32,000 nt of DNA from Candidatus Saccharimonas aalborgensis (GTDB taxonomy: Bacteria; Patescibacteriota; Saccharimonadia; Saccharimonadales; Saccharimonadaceae): contig NC_021219.1 of NCBI RefSeq assembly GCF_000392435.1, positions 570,001 through 602,000 of the forward strand. Reading direction: 5' to 3'. Positions 1-7,095 of this stretch are shown here, one piece after another; the first letter of the stretch is position 1, and every line of letters begins with the position of its first letter. Under the pieces are notes generated by a model. It had not been told where the DNA came from. It worked only from the letters and a program-made list of their open reading frames with translations, and searched no databases. Both the position numbers and the translations under genes were made by a program.

Positions 1-1
1 T

Positions 2-1090
2 AATCTGTGTACCGAGATTACCTTGCCAAATGACGAAAAGAATATTTCTGTCTGCAATCTCGTGAGTATAAATCTGAGCGCCTTTCTAGATGTTGATAAA
101 AAAGTCTGGGACTGGAAGCGGCTTGAGGCGGCAACACGTAGCGCCATTCGACAGCTTGATAATTTATGTGATATTACCGACACGCCAATTCCCGAGGCGA
201 TCAACAGCATTCAGACGACGCGTGCTCTCGGGCTTGGCATCATGGGCTTCACTGATGTCATCGAAAAATTGGGTTATAGCTATGAGAGTGAAGAGGCCTA
301 TGATACGATGGATCAACTCGCCGAATATATTAGCTACTATGCGATTGATGAATCAGCTGAACTTGCCAAAACGCGAGGGAGCTATCCTGATTTTAAGGGT
401 AGTGGATGGAGCAAGGGTCAATTGCCGATCGACACTGTCGATGCGCTGGCCAAAGACCGTAGTGTCGCCGTAGATGTCACTCGCAAAACTCGTCTCGACT
501 GGGAAGCGCTACGCAAAAAAACGACAAAAGGCATGCGTAATGCAACACTTATGGCGATTGCTCCGACAGCAAATATCGCCCACGTGGCAGGTACAACACC
601 CGGTATTGACCCACAGTTTGGACAAATATTTAGCCGCAGCACCCTCAATGGCAAGTTTCTCGAGGTTAATACCAATCTTGTGCGAGATCTGAAGGCACTA
701 GGTATCTGGAATGAAGTAAAGGACCAACTTCTCATCGAGCAAGGTGATCTGACGAATATCGATACAGTGCCGCAACACCTGAAAGACGTCTACAAGACAT
801 GCTTCCAGCTCAGCCCATTCGCGTTTGTCGAAGTAGCAGCGCGAGCCCAGAAATGGGTCGACCAGGCAATCAGCCGCAATATGTATCTCGAAAGCCGCAG
901 CATCGACGACATGGAGAAGGTCTATATGGGTGCGTGGAAGCGTGGTCTCAAAACTACCTACTATTTGCACATGAAACCGCGCCATCAGGCCGAGCTCAGT
1001 ACCGTAAAGGTCAACAAAGCTGACGCAATTGTCGATAGTAGCGGCGCGCGAAAGAGCGGATTTGGATTTGCAAAGAAGCAGGCGGCATGA
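2..1090 (+). CDS. nrdA: Ribonucleoside-diphosphate reductase alpha subunit (class I), C-terminal part; gene is cut by the left window edge
   Basis: Frame is open from base 2 and begins with the RNR motif NLCTEI, followed by SVCNLVSINL (second active-site Cys region), ATLMAIAPTANIAHVAGTTPGIDPQFGQIFSRSTLNGKF and YYLHMKPRH (YY radical-transfer pair). RNR beta lies downstream. Confidence 0.93.
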   Translation, partial: NLCTEITLPNDEKNISVCNLVSINLSAFLDVDKKVWDWKRLEAATRSAIRQLDNLCDITDTPIPEAINSIQTTRALGLGIMGFTDVIEKLGYSYESEEAYDTMDQLAEYISYYAIDESAELAKTRGSYPDFKGSGWSKGQLPIDTVDALAKDRSVAVDVTRKTRLDWEALRKKTTKGMRNATLMAIAPTANIAHVAGTTPGIDPQFGQIFSRSTLNGKFLEVNTNLVRDLKALGIWNEVKDQLLIEQGDLTNIDTVPQHLKDVYKTCFQLSPFAFVEVAARAQKWVDQAISRNMYLESRSIDDMEKVYMGAWKRGLKTTYYLHMKPRHQAELSTVKVNKADAIVDSSGARKSGFGFAKKQAA

Positions 1091-1155
1091 GATGAAGCAG
1101 CACTTGAATTAATCCACTAACACCACATCAACAGAATAATAGGAGGGGATACCAA

Positions 1156-1329
1156 ATGAACGCATCAACTATCATCAACGACAATATGTCACTCGAGGAA
1201 AAACTTCAAGCTATCAGTGATGCTATGGAGGCTGCGCAGGCCTCGGTAAACGAGCAGGCAGCCCGCTCGGGGCAAACGGCCGCACCAATTGATCCAGCGA
1301 CGTTTACGATTTGCGACGGCTGCGAATAA
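1156..1329 (+). CDS. 57-aa small ORF MNASTIINDNMSLEEKLQAISDAMEAAQASVNEQAARSGQTAAPIDPATFTICDGCE; candidate detached RNR alpha C-terminal redox tail
   Basis: Read directly from sequence. Strong Shine-Dalgarno (aggagggg) upstream of ATG, located between nrdA and nrdB, ends in CxxC. Not in the supplied ORF track (below its length cutoff). Confidence 0.75.
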   Translation: MNASTIINDNMSLEEKLQAISDAMEAAQASVNEQAARSGQTAAPIDPATFTICDGCE

Positions 1330-1382
1330 CCAGTGACTGCCAGGTGTAGCGCGCTCAGTTGAGAGTTAGCTTGTTTCGTGTC

Positions 1383-1398
1383 ATACTATATATAGATA
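1383..1398 (+). promoter_or_regulatory. Possible NrdR-box-like site (atactatatatagata; perfect core palindrome ctatatatag at 1386-1395)
   Basis: Matches about 12 of 16 positions of the remembered NrdR consensus ACACTATATATAGTGT and lies about 40 bp upstream of the nrdB start. No clear second box at the usual spacing. Confidence 0.3.
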
Positions 1399-1436
1399 TA
1401 TTAGTGAGCAGGATAAAAGATAAGGAGGAAACAAGG

Positions 1437-2483
1437 ATGGGTAAAATCTTAGGCTCCGGCATCCAAGACGGACTATTACTGAAACCAATCAACTATCAAT
1501 GGGCGATGGACCTCTATGATCAGGCAGTTGCGAACACGTGGTTTCCTAACGAGATTCAACTGGCGCAGGATTTAGCTGACTGGGAAAAAATGACCGATGA
1601 AGAGCGTCATGCAGTGACATTTTTGATGAGCTACTTCAACCCCAACGAGCTGTTGGTCAATAAGGCGTTGGCATTTGGTGTCTATCCCTACGTCAATGCA
1701 GCGGAGTGCCACCTCTATCTTGCCAAGCAAATGTGGGAAGAGGCGAATCACTGCATGGCGTTTGAGTACGTGCTCGACACGTTTCCGATCGATCGCGAAG
1801 CCGCCTATAGTGCCCATGTTGATGAGAAGGTCATGGCAGTCAAGGAAGAGTTTGAGACGAAGTACATCAAACGGATGACCGAAGACACGATGGATATCAC
1901 GACAACTGAGGGCAAAAAAGATTTCATCCGTAACCTTATCGCCTACAATATCATTCTCGAGGGCATTTGGTTCTACTCGGGATTCATGGTGGCACTTAGT
2001 TTCCGCCAACGAAATCTGCTCCGAAACTTCGGTAGCTTGATCGACTGGATTGTCCGCGACGAAAGTTTGCACCTAAAGTTTGGCATCAACCTTATTCTAA
2101 CCGTCATCGAAGAGAACGAGGATTTGCAGGACCCAGCGTTTGCCGAAGAGATCAAACAGATGATTCTCGACGGCGTGACAATGGAGGAGGAGTACAATAA
2201 AGCACTGCTGCCAAACGGTATCCTCGGCCTTAATGCCGACTATATCAACCAGTATGTTAAATACTTGACTGACCGGCGTCTCGAGGAACTTGGCTTCGAA
2301 CCTCATTATAATGTCTCAAATCCTGCCAAGTGGATGGCGACCGCTAACGATACCTATGAACTGGTCAATTTCTTTGAGAGTACCAATACCAGTTATGAAG
2401 TCAATGCTGGTAATGCTGAGGCGAAACTAAAGGAATCGACTGACGGTACAGAGCAAGAGCCCGACGAAAACGACGATAAGTAG
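1437..2483 (+). CDS. nrdB: Ribonucleoside-diphosphate reductase beta subunit, class Ic-like
   Basis: Ligand motifs WEEANHCMAF, YNIILEGIWFYSGF and RDESLHLKFG. Start placed at MGKILGSG behind SD aaggagg rather than at the upstream TTG at 1359. Confidence 0.92.
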   Translation: MGKILGSGIQDGLLLKPINYQWAMDLYDQAVANTWFPNEIQLAQDLADWEKMTDEERHAVTFLMSYFNPNELLVNKALAFGVYPYVNAAECHLYLAKQMWEEANHCMAFEYVLDTFPIDREAAYSAHVDEKVMAVKEEFETKYIKRMTEDTMDITTTEGKKDFIRNLIAYNIILEGIWFYSGFMVALSFRQRNLLRNFGSLIDWIVRDESLHLKFGINLILTVIEENEDLQDPAFAEEIKQMILDGVTMEEEYNKALLPNGILGLNADYINQYVKYLTDRRLEELGFEPHYNVSNPAKWMATANDTYELVNFFESTNTSYEVNAGNAEAKLKESTDGTEQEPDENDDK

Positions 2484-2525
2484 AGAGCGGGCATATCGGG
2501 TAATTTACGCTTAGGGGGAGTTCTT

Positions 2526-2588
2526 GTGAGCACCAGCACTGGCGCCGCTATCGCTTACGCAGTCTCGTGTAGATCGTATGATGCATAA
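2526..2588 (+). CDS. Possible 20-aa leader ORF (GTG start; MSTSTGAAIAYAVSCRSYDA) overlapping the start of mntH
   Basis: Purine-rich SD-like taggggGAG just upstream of GTG; ORF stops inside the mntH start region, which has no SD of its own. Confidence 0.35.
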   Translation: MSTSTGAAIAYAVSCRSYDA

Positions 2589-3798
2589 AGAGAGTAGTAA
2601 ACAGGTAGTCTTGTTATTGGGTCCGGCTTTTGTTGCTGCGGTTGCTTATGTTGACCCGGGTAATTTCGCGGCTAATTTTGGGGCGGGTGCAAAGTACGGA
2701 TTTCTACTGTTGTGGGTACTGGTGTTAGCTAATAGTATGGCAGCGCTAGCACAATATACAAGCGCCAAAGTAGGACTTGTGACCGGTAAGTCTCTCCCCG
2801 AACTCGTGGCCGAGCGAATGTCACGGTGGGGCCGGCGGTTGTATTGGGCGCAGGCGGAGCTCGTAGCAGTTGCGACCGATATCGCTGAGGTTGTGGGTGG
2901 TGCGGTAGCACTGAATCTGTTGTTCGGATTACAACTACCCATAGGCGGGCTGATTATAGGCATTGTCTCGATGGCGTTGCTGGGGGTGTATAGTCATCAT
3001 GGTCAGAAATATTTTGAGCGGTTGATTGTCGGGCTATTATTGATCATTCCACTTGGGTTTTTTGTCGGGTTAGTACAGCACCCACCTAATCTGTCCGGTG
3101 TGCTCAGCGGGCTGACGCCGCGCTTTGGTGGTCAGGAGACACTACTGCTCGCAACGGCGATGATAGGAGCAACGATTATGCCGCACGTCGTCTACCTGCA
3201 TTCCGCCTTAGCAAGAGATCGTCACGGAAAAGTAAAGTTGTCCGAATTACAACAGTATTTAAAAGTAACAAAGATAGACGTCGGACTCGCCATGCTCATT
3301 GCGGGAACGGTGAATATTGCCATGCTATTACTCGCCGCGGCAGTACTTGGGGGCGCTACGGTAGAGGGCTTTGGTGATATCTTTGAGGGGCTGAGTAGTA
3401 CGCTTGGACCGTTGGTGGCGGTGCTCTTTGCTGTCGGGCTCCTGGTATCAGGATTGGCGAGTACCGCTGTGGGGAGCCAAGCGGGCAGTGTCATCATGAA
3501 GGACCTTGTGCACGTACCAATACCCCTGTGGATACGCCGGCTTATTACGATGATTCCCGCTCTTTTTTTGCTGATACTCGGCATCGACCCATTATTGTTG
3601 CTGGTGATATCGCAAGTCGCACTTAGTTTTGGTGTGCCATTTGCACTCATTCCACTCTCGATAATATCGTCAAATCGTAACATTATGGGTGCACATACGA
3701 ACTCGCGTGTCGTTTCGGTGCTCCTCTATACCATCACTGCTTCTGTGGCGATACTCAATATGGCTTTGATCTGGCTTATGCTTGTGCCAGGCTCATAA
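2578..3798 (+). CDS. mntH: Nramp family divalent metal (Mn2+/Fe2+) transporter
   Basis: Canonical Nramp motifs: DPGNF in TM1 and GATIMPHVVYLHSAL in TM6; about 11 hydrophobic segments. Start could be the ATG at 2581. Confidence 0.92.
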   Translation: MMHKESSKQVVLLLGPAFVAAVAYVDPGNFAANFGAGAKYGFLLLWVLVLANSMAALAQYTSAKVGLVTGKSLPELVAERMSRWGRRLYWAQAELVAVATDIAEVVGGAVALNLLFGLQLPIGGLIIGIVSMALLGVYSHHGQKYFERLIVGLLLIIPLGFFVGLVQHPPNLSGVLSGLTPRFGGQETLLLATAMIGATIMPHVVYLHSALARDRHGKVKLSELQQYLKVTKIDVGLAMLIAGTVNIAMLLLAAAVLGGATVEGFGDIFEGLSSTLGPLVAVLFAVGLLVSGLASTAVGSQAGSVIMKDLVHVPIPLWIRRLITMIPALFLLILGIDPLLLLVISQVALSFGVPFALIPLSIISSNRNIMGAHTNSRVVSVLLYTITASVAILNMALIWLMLVPGS

Positions 3799-4515
3799 TT
3801 ATTGAGCGATCAGTGACTCAAGGTTAACTTGCCAGTCAAATAGTCCGCTCGACACAAGCAGCCCCTGGAGTTTTTTGTCTAAGCCTAGCACCACTGCAAT
3901 ACCGATGAGTAACAAAAGCGCCCCAAGGATACGGCGGAATTTGCCGTGCGTGTCGAGCGACCAACCTAGTTTGTGTACAAAGGTAGAGCCACCCACCGCG
4001 ACTGCAAAGAGAGTAAGTGTGAGTCCGAGTGTGTAGACGAACAAGAGTGATAATCCCTGCAGCGGATTGGCAGGCAACAGCACTGCAACGATGAGTGCGT
4101 ACGTGGGGCTACAGACATTGAATAAGGGACCGAGACTAGCACCGAGTAAGATGTCTCTAAGTGCACCCTGTTTTGTTGACGCATTGCCGACAGCTTGTTG
4201 TGCGACTAACCCGAAGCGACTTGTGAGTACAAATTTCTCCCAAAGGCTCGGCCATAACAGAGAGGCGCCAAATAGCGCAACAATCCCGCCACCCACGATT
4301 TGCCAGATTTGCTGAGGAACATCGATAAGCAAAGTGGTTGATTTGAGTAATACGCTAAACGCGATAACGGAGAGTGCCAGGCCAAGGAGTACGCGACTAC
4401 TGCGTCTGTTGCCTCCTTGTGCGTGAGTACCGAGCATCATTGGGATGAGTGGAAGTACGCAGGGTGAAAGGGCCGAGAAAACGCCAGCGAGCAGTGAAGC
4501 AAGGGCGAGCAGCAT
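3799..4515 (-). CDS. ccdA: CcdA/DsbD-type membrane thiol-disulfide transporter
   Basis: N-terminal SPCVLPLIPMMLG motif, GPLFNVCSPTYALIVAVLLP, and polytopic hydrophobicity. Confidence 0.85.
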   Translation of the reverse strand: MLLALASLLAGVFSALSPCVLPLIPMMLGTHAQGGNRRSSRVLLGLALSVIAFSVLLKSTTLLIDVPQQIWQIVGGGIVALFGASLLWPSLWEKFVLTSRFGLVAQQAVGNASTKQGALRDILLGASLGPLFNVCSPTYALIVAVLLPANPLQGLSLLFVYTLGLTLTLFAVAVGGSTFVHKLGWSLDTHGKFRRILGALLLLIGIAVVLGLDKKLQGLLVSSGLFDWQVNLESLIAQ

Positions 4516-4983
4516 TTAGGTATTACTCAGCACGGCCTGGAGCGACTTCTCTTTTCCGTAGGCAGTCCATAGACTGACTTTTTCGCCGCCGCTGGTTATT
4601 TTGACAAACGTCGTCTGAAGCGTGACACCGTAGCGTTGCTTCAGATCAGTTGCTGTATCGTAGTCAACCTTGAGTATCTGCGTACTTTCAGGAATAGTCG
4701 CCGAAGTGAGTACCGTATCAAATGCGCGACACTCAGGACACCACGGAGCGTAAAAGAACAAAATCGTCTCACTAAAAGAAGTGTCATTTGCTGCCGCAGC
4801 GCTATAGGTGGTGTAGCGTCCCTGTGTAGACGAAGCAGGAGACGACGGGGTTGTATTAACATTACTTGGTGCATTAACTGATTGTTGAGATGGAGCGGTG
4901 GAGGGACGCATAAATAGATAAAGTAAGCCGCTAGCCAAGATGACAAACGTCACCGTTGCTCCTATAACAAAAGGTTTTCTCAT
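4516..4983 (-). CDS. Membrane-anchored thioredoxin-like protein
   Basis: N-terminal TM segment, Ser/Pro/Thr linker, then ILFFYAPWCPECRAFD (CxxC of the thioredoxin fold). Directly adjacent to ccdA. Confidence 0.85.
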   Translation of the reverse strand: MRKPFVIGATVTFVILASGLLYLFMRPSTAPSQQSVNAPSNVNTTPSSPASSTQGRYTTYSAAAANDTSFSETILFFYAPWCPECRAFDTVLTSATIPESTQILKVDYDTATDLKQRYGVTLQTTFVKITSGGEKVSLWTAYGKEKSLQAVLSNT

Positions 4984-5157
4984 ACCCGTAGCATATCATA
5001 GTAGTAGTTGATTTTCAGTGTCCCTGGCTTCATGCTATGAGACAAATGGGCAAAATAGCCGTATTTTTGTGAACGCCTACTACCCGCAGCGTAAAATACA
5101 CAACAATCTACGCTACCTGTAGCGTAGTGACCGTATTGCATGCTATAATGAAGTCCC

Positions 5158-6795
5158 ATGGAGGCGAAAATAGACATGGGAAAAACAAAATATATTTTTG
5201 TGACAGGCGGTGTCCTGTCGGGGGTAGGAAAAGGAATTACCGCGGCGAGCATTGGCGCAGTATTGCAAGCCAAAGGTAAGTCACTTTCAATTCAGAAATG
5301 CGACCCGTATCTTAATGTGGATGCGGGTCTTCTGAATCCAGCAGAACATGGTGAATGTTTCGTGACAAAAGATGGTGCTGAGACCGATCTCGACCTCGGA
5401 CACTATGAACGATTTCTTGATATTGAAGTGACACAGCAGAGTGCGACATTGTCGGGAAGGCTCCTCAAAGAGCTGATTGATGACGAACGTGCGGGCAAGT
5501 TTGAGGGTAAAACTGTTCAGCTTGTACCACACCTGACACGAGCTATTCAGCGTAAGATTGAGTTGGCATCTGAGGGTTCTGATGTCCATATTGTTGAGTT
5601 GGGGGGAACGGTAGGTGACTACGAGGGCCTGAGTTTTGTCGAGGCGTTTCGTGAGTTTGGTCGCCGTGTTGGCCGTGAGAATGCACTTTTTGTCCACGTG
5701 GTATATGTGCCATATATTGGTACTAGCAAGGAGTTTAAGAGCAAGCCTGCTCAAAACGCCCTCAGTGATCTGAGAGGGTTTGGTATTGTTCCCGATATTA
5801 TCATTGTGCGGACCGACAGTCCCGCGCCCGAGTCAATCAAGCGTAAGATTGCTATGTTTGGTGGTGTGCCGGACGATGCAGTACTGATGATGCCAAACGT
5901 CGATAGTGTTTTTAAGATTCCTGAGCGTATTGCCGAAAGTACCTTACTACCGATTCTTAATCACTTTGTTGGTGACGAAGTGGCTCCCGATATGCGGCGC
6001 TGGCAGGGGTTAGTCTCAATGCAAGAAAGTGACAAGAGTGAGGTAGTGCGAATTGGGCTTGTGGCAAAGTATCTCGACAATGAGGACACGTACTTGTCGG
6101 TACTTGAAGCGCTAAAGAGTGCAGCTTGGCATGAAGGTGTTGTGTTGGAAACAACATGGATCAATGCCGAAACGGCAACTGATGAAGATTTCGCGACTGT
6201 CGATGGGCTATTAGTGCCTGGCGGCTTTGGCGTGCGAGGGGTAGAGGGGAAGGTTGCGGCAGCGCGTTACGCCCTCGAACATGACGTTCCCTACCTTGGT
6301 ATCTGCCTCGGGCTGCAGACACTTGTTATCGCAGCGGCACGACGCGGTGGCCTGGGCCACGCAAATAGCGATGAGTTCGAGAAGAGTGGCCAGAACGTTG
6401 TCTATATTATGGAAGACCAGGTAGGTAAGGAGTCAACAGGGGGAACATTACGACTTGGCGATTATCCCGCCCAGCTTGTGCCGGATAGTTTGGCAGCTCG
6501 ACTCTATGATGGCACCACTATCGTTGAGCGCCATCGTCATCGCTACGAAGTCAACCAAGCGTTTCTCGAACAGATAGAAAAAGGTGGGATTGTTGTAAGT
6601 GGCACATCACCAGATGGTCGCCTGGTTGAGTTTGTGGAGGCACCCGGTAAACGATACATCATTGCTACTCAGGCTCACCCCGAATTTCGGTCTCGACCGA
6701 TGCGGCCGCATCCGCTCTTTGGCGGGTTGATCCACGCGGCGCGGCCTCGATCTCCCCACCTCCCCACTCCAGACAACCGGCCCGCCGCTAACTAA
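5158..6795 (+). CDS. pyrG: CTP synthase
   Basis: KYIFVTGGVLSGVGKGITAASIGAVLQ; CDPYLNVDAG; glutaminase domain GICLGLQTLVIAAAR and THPEFRSRP-like AQAHPEFRSRP. Start may be 5158 or 5176. Confidence 0.97.
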   Translation: MEAKIDMGKTKYIFVTGGVLSGVGKGITAASIGAVLQAKGKSLSIQKCDPYLNVDAGLLNPAEHGECFVTKDGAETDLDLGHYERFLDIEVTQQSATLSGRLLKELIDDERAGKFEGKTVQLVPHLTRAIQRKIELASEGSDVHIVELGGTVGDYEGLSFVEAFREFGRRVGRENALFVHVVYVPYIGTSKEFKSKPAQNALSDLRGFGIVPDIIIVRTDSPAPESIKRKIAMFGGVPDDAVLMMPNVDSVFKIPERIAESTLLPILNHFVGDEVAPDMRRWQGLVSMQESDKSEVVRIGLVAKYLDNEDTYLSVLEALKSAAWHEGVVLETTWINAETATDEDFATVDGLLVPGGFGVRGVEGKVAAARYALEHDVPYLGICLGLQTLVIAAARRGGLGHANSDEFEKSGQNVVYIMEDQVGKESTGGTLRLGDYPAQLVPDSLAARLYDGTTIVERHRHRYEVNQAFLEQIEKGGIVVSGTSPDGRLVEFVEAPGKRYIIATQAHPEFRSRPMRPHPLFGGLIHAARPRSPHLPTPDNRPAAN

Positions 6796-6837
6796 ATCAG
6801 CCTTCGCTCTTGGCGGGCCTTGGCCCATAAGGGCCAA
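6779..6837 (+). terminator. Two consecutive inverted repeats downstream of pyrG
   Basis: GGCCCGCC (6779-6786) pairs with GGCGGGCC (6812-6819); immediately followed by TTGGCCC-ATAA-GGGCCAA (6820-6837). No U-tract follows, so function as an intrinsic terminator is uncertain. Confidence 0.5.
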
Positions 6838-6910
6838 CTGTCTGTCGGGTGAGGTAGGGAGACTCTTTTACGTGATTGACGGCTAGCGTTGTCCATGCTT
6901 AGATAGCCAT

Positions 6911-7069
6911 ATGAACGACAAAAATGAAACACCTATGCAGCAAGAGATCGACGATACGCTTGATTTTGATGATACCGATGCGCTTCGTTATGTCCTCAAA
7001 AATACCAAGGGTATTGCGCCCGTGTCGGTCTATCGTGAGGCTGACTATCTTGCAGAAGATGACGAGTAG
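6911..7069 (+). CDS. Small acidic hypothetical protein (52 aa; MNDKNETPMQQEIDDTLDFDDTDALRYVLKNTKGIAPVSVYREADYLAEDDE)
   Basis: Read directly from sequence; compact ORF filling the pyrG-argS gap. Confidence 0.55.
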   Translation: MNDKNETPMQQEIDDTLDFDDTDALRYVLKNTKGIAPVSVYREADYLAEDDE

Positions 7070-7095
7070 TCGCTACCTCTGATATAATGAGAGAT

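Noticed and set aside
1572-2072. 166-aa antisense ORF over nrdB
   Set aside because: Antisense to the conserved RNR beta core; no supporting signals.
2486-2577. Possible yybP-ykoY manganese riboswitch upstream of mntH (taggggGAG resembles the GGGGAGUAG motif)
   Set aside because: Region is short, the second conserved loop and closing P1 helix are not evident, and a short leader ORF explains the SD-like sequence. An Rfam/Infernal scan would settle it.
2646-2963. Antisense ORFs within mntH (2646-2963 and 3222-3683)
   Set aside because: Shadow frames of a confident Nramp gene.
5287-5754. 155-aa antisense ORF within pyrG
   Set aside because: Fully contained opposite the conserved CTP synthase amidoligase domain; no independent support.
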